Origin: the human T2T-CHM13v2.0 reference genome, Homo sapiens
Length of the DNA: 64,000 bases
NCBI RefSeq assembly: GCF_009914755.1
Contig: NC_060937.1
Direction: 5' to 3' (one strand)
Below, piece after piece: positions 58,322-64,000 of this stretch (position 1 is the first letter of the stretch; each line of letters starts with the position of its first letter). A program made the position numbers and the translations under genes. The notes below the pieces were generated by a model. It ran no database searches, was not told the origin of the DNA, and saw only the letters and a list, made by a program, of their open reading frames with translations.

Positions 58322-59769
58322 GTCTTTAAAGTTTTCTTCAATAAGTCCTGACTAGAAGGAGAAAAAAAAATTAAAACTACTCACATGATATCATTGAGAT
58401 GAGCTCAGACAAGAAGATCCACAACATATAATTTCTTGCTACTAAATTAAAGTAAACCCAAACAAGGTACTATCACTTTTAATTTATTCTCAGAATGTAG
58501 TTTGTGTTTGGGGAAAATCTGACTAATGAATGAATAAAATCAAGCAAACAAAAAATAAATAAAATTTCCCTCTTGGTATGCTAGATAATTAATGCTTTGA
58601 ATACATGAATCATTGCTATATATCATGCTAAGTGCTATGTAATGTTTTAAAAATCTTCAGATAGTACAATTTTGCTGGGGTGATATTGTTAAGTTTTAAT
58701 ATTTTAAATGTGCACATGTGGATTGTGTAAATGATAATGTGTATTATTAGGATTTAAAGTTAGAAGATTTTTTAAAGTAAAGCCCTAAAAGCAACTGAAC
58801 AAAGAAAGCAAAACAGATACATAACCTACTAGAAATGAGAGCTCAGATTTCCTGACATCTCAGTTTGATGTTTGTGTATTGTATCCCATTGTTTCTCTAA
58901 AATGGGAAATCATGCAATGAAAATGCAGAAGAAAGCAAAATGGTGAAAAAGAGTTTGAGGTGGGCCTTATCCAGTCAATGGATTAAATTAAAATGGAAAG
59001 ATGCTGTCCTACATTATGCAATTGTAATAAGAACTTGAACAGAAGATTTAAAGGATAGATAATAAGGAGGCTCAATGTTGAGTAGGTTTGCATTGGGAAT
59101 CAAGTGGCAGAAAAAAAGATGTCAGGGTAAGTTTATGTTTGTTAAAGATGAGAGTATTGAGAGCTGGGTTGGGAAACTAGAACTTTTCCTTCAATAAAAT
59201 AGCCATTCATTTAACATTTCAAATTTTTTCTGTTTATTTATTTATTTTTTTTGCCAGGGAATTAATAATCCAAAAGAACAGAGAAATTCAGAGCTAATGG
59301 TTTCAGATTATATTATTTGATTAATTTGGAAAGAGGTTTACCTCCCTGATTATTCCTCCCTTACAGCTATATTTTAACAATTCTATCCAAATTTTGAAGG
59401 CATTGAAAAATGTCACCCAGAAGCTAGCTGCCCACATCTGGCCAAACAGAAAAACTGACTTTATCAGTAAAAAACGATCTGTGACTTCAAAAACAATGTT
59501 CAAAATATAATCCACTTTTCAAACAAAGATCAAGTAACCCCACTTTTAAACTGATAACTCAATGTTTTGTTAATGTGAATTGAATTACAAAATTCAAAAT
59601 GTTAATATTTCTTTATTAAGACATCTGATGGGTATAATGAGTCAATTTAAGTAGATACAAAATGTAAAATTGTTATGCCAAAGTTCTATTTAGTAATTTT
59701 TCAAAAATTTATTCATAAACCATATTTTGGTGAGTTTCAGTGTTAAGAAAATTCCGATCGCCATAAGTA

Positions 59770-60109
<340 letters not shown>

Positions 60110-60499
60110 TCAGTTTACTGGGTATTCCAGAAGAGGTTCATAACGTGGCTCTAATGTGTTAATGTTTGTTTTATGATATATACTAGTATGTACTTTGTTT
60201 TTATTCCAGTTTTAATAGAGGTAAAGTTGGTTTATTGAACAGGGTGGAACTGGTAGTGTAAGCAGATAGCAACCTTATTCTTTCCCACCATTCCCCATTA
60301 CATGTTTTCCCACATAGCCTTTCAAGACATATTTAGATAATAAACAGTATTTTATTTTTGCATTAAAATTCTAGTTCAGTATAATAACCAAGAATGCCTG
60401 GCCAGTGTGGTAATAAGCTCTTACGAAGTATAAGCTTTTTCCTCTGTCAACATGAGCTTGACCCAACCATGGAAGGCTGAGGTTGGGATAGGTGGGTGA

Positions 60500-61900
60500 G
60501 GTCAGCTGCTTTTTTTCTTTTTTTTATGTAGATACATATGGTAGCAGCACCATTTATTAATCCACTATTTTCTTTCATACTTACAGTGTTGCATTTATTA
60601 TATATCCAGTCCTGCATAAGTGTGTCATTCATTAACCATTTAACCATGTACCAATTCAATCCTGATTTAATTACTAAAATGTTTTAAAATAACAATTAAA
60701 ATATAGTTAGCAATTTTGAGTCACTTATATATAAATTTTAAGATTAAAAACCCTTGGAAAAACTGCTAGAATTTTTATTTTGGTTGCAATAAATGTATAG
60801 ATTAGTTAAGGAATCATACCATATTTATAATAGTAATTCTGTCAAATGTAAATATGGTATATTTCTCAACTTAGGTCTAATTTTGTGGTTTTTAAATCAA
60901 GTTTTATGATGCTTTTTATGAATTTTAGGTGCATATTTTGGTGAGATTTGTTCATAGATCTCTTACAACTTTAGTCAATAAGATTGTCATCTTTTTAAAT
61001 AACATGATGCATTCTGGTTAATCTCTTAATAAATATCATTTAGTTTACCAATTTTCTCTTTGATCTTATCTAATAGGGTATTTTAATCCAACCACTGATA
61101 CTATTAATTTAAATTATATCATATTTTTAAAAAAGTTATTGAAGTGTCATCTTAATTATTATAATTTTATATTGTCTGCTAGATTACCATATAATTATCT
61201 CAAATTCATATGGCTCTAATCCTGCCCTTTATTTTATGTGCTGTCTTTTGCTTATGGTGTATTATTTATACTGCAAATTCATCTTTGGTTTGGCTTTTTC
61301 TTTTTTCTTTTGAGGAGGCTTCCAGTATGAGATACCATATAATGATCATGTTAGCTTGTTCTAAAACTCCATAAGAAATCTCTCATTAATTATATATACA
61401 CAGAGTATAAATTTGAATATCAAACTGCTCTAGTTGAAGACCTAACCTCCTTCAAAATCTATTTTAAAAATCTTCTCCAGAGTCAGGAGAGCACACAAAA
61501 AAATTTATTTCTATTACTAGAGTTCTTTAGAACTTTAGCCATTGGATATATCTTTGAATAGGCAGCTCTCTGAGGGTCTCAGCTTTAGGGAGTAGCCCCC
61601 TCTCCCTTCCCCACTTCCTACTTCTCCTGAGGCCCAAGCTTTTAGCTTCTGTCTTTGTGTCAAAATTGTCTCCTTAAATAACTAAGAGCAACCTTCCAAT
61701 CATCTCTTCACTACCTAGGAATCCCCAGTGAAAGATTAAACATTGGTTGTTCTGGATTTAATTCTGTTAGGAAACCTGAAGATACTTTTTTGTTGAAAAT
61801 TTAGCTATGCCTTTAAAATATTTTTTGTTTTATTTTAATTCAGCCTATCTAAGTGTGTGTAATGAGAGAAAGTTTAGATCACCTTAGTCTACCATATTAT
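60500..61900 (-). mobile_element. Old L1M fragments
   Basis: cagcaccatttattaa, ttgcaataaatgtatagattagtt, taaatatggtatatttctc (antisense ORF2-like motifs). Confidence 0.5.
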
Positions 61901-63789
61901 ATGAGTGTATCATTTTTAAGGTATCTACTCATTCTGAAACTCTATATCTTTATTCTTTTTCTGGTAATTAATATGAAACTGCATACATAATTAAGGTATT
62001 CAAAGACCACCAAAACTAAACAAAGAAATTTACAAAGCCATGTCTAGTAATGTGCCAGGGTTGGGCAAACACACAACAGTGAAGAAATTCACTAAGTAAT
62101 TTGCTGAAAAGGTAAAAACAACAGTATTTTTAAATGCTAGAAAGGAGAATTTCATGTCAATTTTGCAAATTAAGTAAGTACTGGACAGTAGCACCTGCAA
62201 TAGGACAGAATGAGCCCATAGGTTTGTACACAGTTAGATGCACTGAGTCCCATTGTTTATTGTTCAAGAATCAGTCTTCAGCTTGCTCCAGTAAAAGTCT
62301 GATGTGCCAGGGTCATTCAATATCCTGGGACCTTTATCAGCTTCAGTTAGTCAGAACTAGTGGCATAACACACAGTTTTTTATTCTGTTTTCTCCTTAGC
62401 AAGTCTGTGGGAATTCTTCCTTTTAAGTTAGTAATTTGTATAAAAGTGAAAATACAATAATTTTGATCTTCATGCTAGTATGGACATAGATATCACTTAC
62501 CTGATCTCCAGCTCAAAATATTAATATGAATTCTCTTAAACTTACTAAGATGTAGTTTCTTGAGTTATGATCCACTATGGGCAATGCCTCAGTTCTCCAG
62601 AGAAGTAAACTAACTGATTATTTTACTCTCATTAAAGTCATACTTTAGAGCATTTTCAAAAATAAATGACTCCTTTTCACCACAATAAGAAGAAATGAAT
62701 TTTTTTTTTCAACTTCACAGAGCTGAGGCTCTCCAGACCTATTTGAGCTCACAGAACCAGAAAATAATCTTATGATTTGGTTTTAATAATATAAATTTAA
62801 CTCCAGCTAAGAGTAAATAAAACAAAACATAAAATAGTGTATCTTCAACTTAACCCTACATTTTGAGATTGAAAAATTGTTCTACATCATTGTCAATTAG
62901 CTTATGACCCTGTGTTGCAACAAAATTAGAATATGTTGATTGATTCCCATGTAAATGATAATATTGATAGTATTCAATAACTATTAGGTTCTCAGTGAAC
63001 TCTGGGAAAGAATAGATAAAGCAAGCATCATTGTTTTCATTTTACAGCTTGATATTCTCCAGATAAAAAATATACAGATACTGAATGCTAAGAGTGAGTC
63101 AATTAATGGGAAATATTCAAAGATAAAATGTAATAACAGCTTTGAGCAGTAATGAAATATTAATTTAAAGTTAAATGTAAGTATAAAATCAGATATTATG
63201 AAAAGTTTGCTGCAAAAATAGGGAACTCAGAGGCAGTTATATTTCAAGACCACAGATCCTAACAGAGTTGCTGCTCAAAGTGATACAAGCAGAAAATTGA
63301 TCTTTTAAAAAAAGCATTCTGGTAGACATTATCTTCTGAATATTTTATAGATATATAATTTTTAATAATTTTTAACAAATAAGTTGTAAATGTAGATCCT
63401 TAATATAGGTTTTCATCTTTTGGGCATTTCAGCTTTGAAATTTGGAAAAGAACCTTAATAAGATTTGAAAATTTGAAAATGTATCATAATTATCATTGGA
63501 TATAGTATAATTTCCAGAGACTGCAAGGGAAATCTTAATTAGCAATCATATATGTGTAATATAATATTTGTTTTTTCTAATATATATAATGAGTAAATTT
63601 TGGCCAGAATGTACATTATATAATAAATAGGTTTCTATAATAAAATATATTAACTAGTATTGGATATTTTGGCATGGGGAATTAAACACAAATGCTTAGT
63701 AAGGTTTTAAAATATATTTACTCTCATCGGCAAAAACATTAAGATATTCAGGGAATTAAATGAGAAGTATTTTCCAGAAAAACTCAAAA

Positions 63790-63980
63790 TTTGAATTAGA
63801 ATACTGGATTTGATTCTAACTCACTACTGACTGCATCGTCAAGGATTGGTGACTTGCCCACTTTGGCTTCAATCCACTCATGTGTAATACAGTGTCTCAT
63901 TGTTTGGCATGACGATCAGATGAAGAAATGCATATACAAGTATGTTTCAGTGGAAGATCATTATGCCCACATTACCTAAA
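63790..63980 (+). mobile_element. MIR fragment
   Basis: actggatttgattctaactcactact...ggtgacttgccc...gatcagatgaagaaatgcatat. Confidence 0.5.
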
Positions 63981-64000
63981 AATTTACTTCCGCTCATGCC

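Noticed and set aside
62134-62460. 108-aa ATG-initiated ORF in mostly unique DNA
   Set aside because: No recognisable domain, splice context or promoter; the length is compatible with chance.

Overview
This is AT-rich primate (human or great-ape) genomic DNA lying inside the GPC5 (glypican-5) gene, which is on the + strand. It contains one real coding exon at 21976-22135 (160 nt, LLQGRSPKPDKWELLQLGSGGGMVEQVSGDCDDEDGCGGSGSGEVKRTLKITD, recognised from memory as penultimate exon 7 with the Ser-Gly heparan-sulfate sites). Everything else is intronic. The introns carry about 17 Alu elements or monomers, old and intermediate L1 fragments, L2/MIR relics, MaLR LTRs (MLT1, MSTB, a two-LTR THE1 provirus), MER67- and LTR33-like LTRs, DNA transposon relics (MER58A, MER5, half a MADE1) and microsatellites. 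A 5'-truncated FABP5 processed pseudogene with a target-site duplication lies at 57651-58004 on the - strand. Nearly all ORFs in the supplied track are repeat-derived or chance ORFs. I see no evidence of a new multi-gene system. The most interesting unexplained structure is an old ~380-bp local duplication starting 46 bp after the exon's donor (one copy later split by an L1PB), an in-frame tandem splice acceptor, a possible GPI-less read-through isoform, several small duplications and template-switch scars, and a ~4-kb repeat-poor block with CpG and transcription-factor-motif clusters. Repeat subfamily names come from remembered consensus sequences, and the boundaries of old repeats are approximate.
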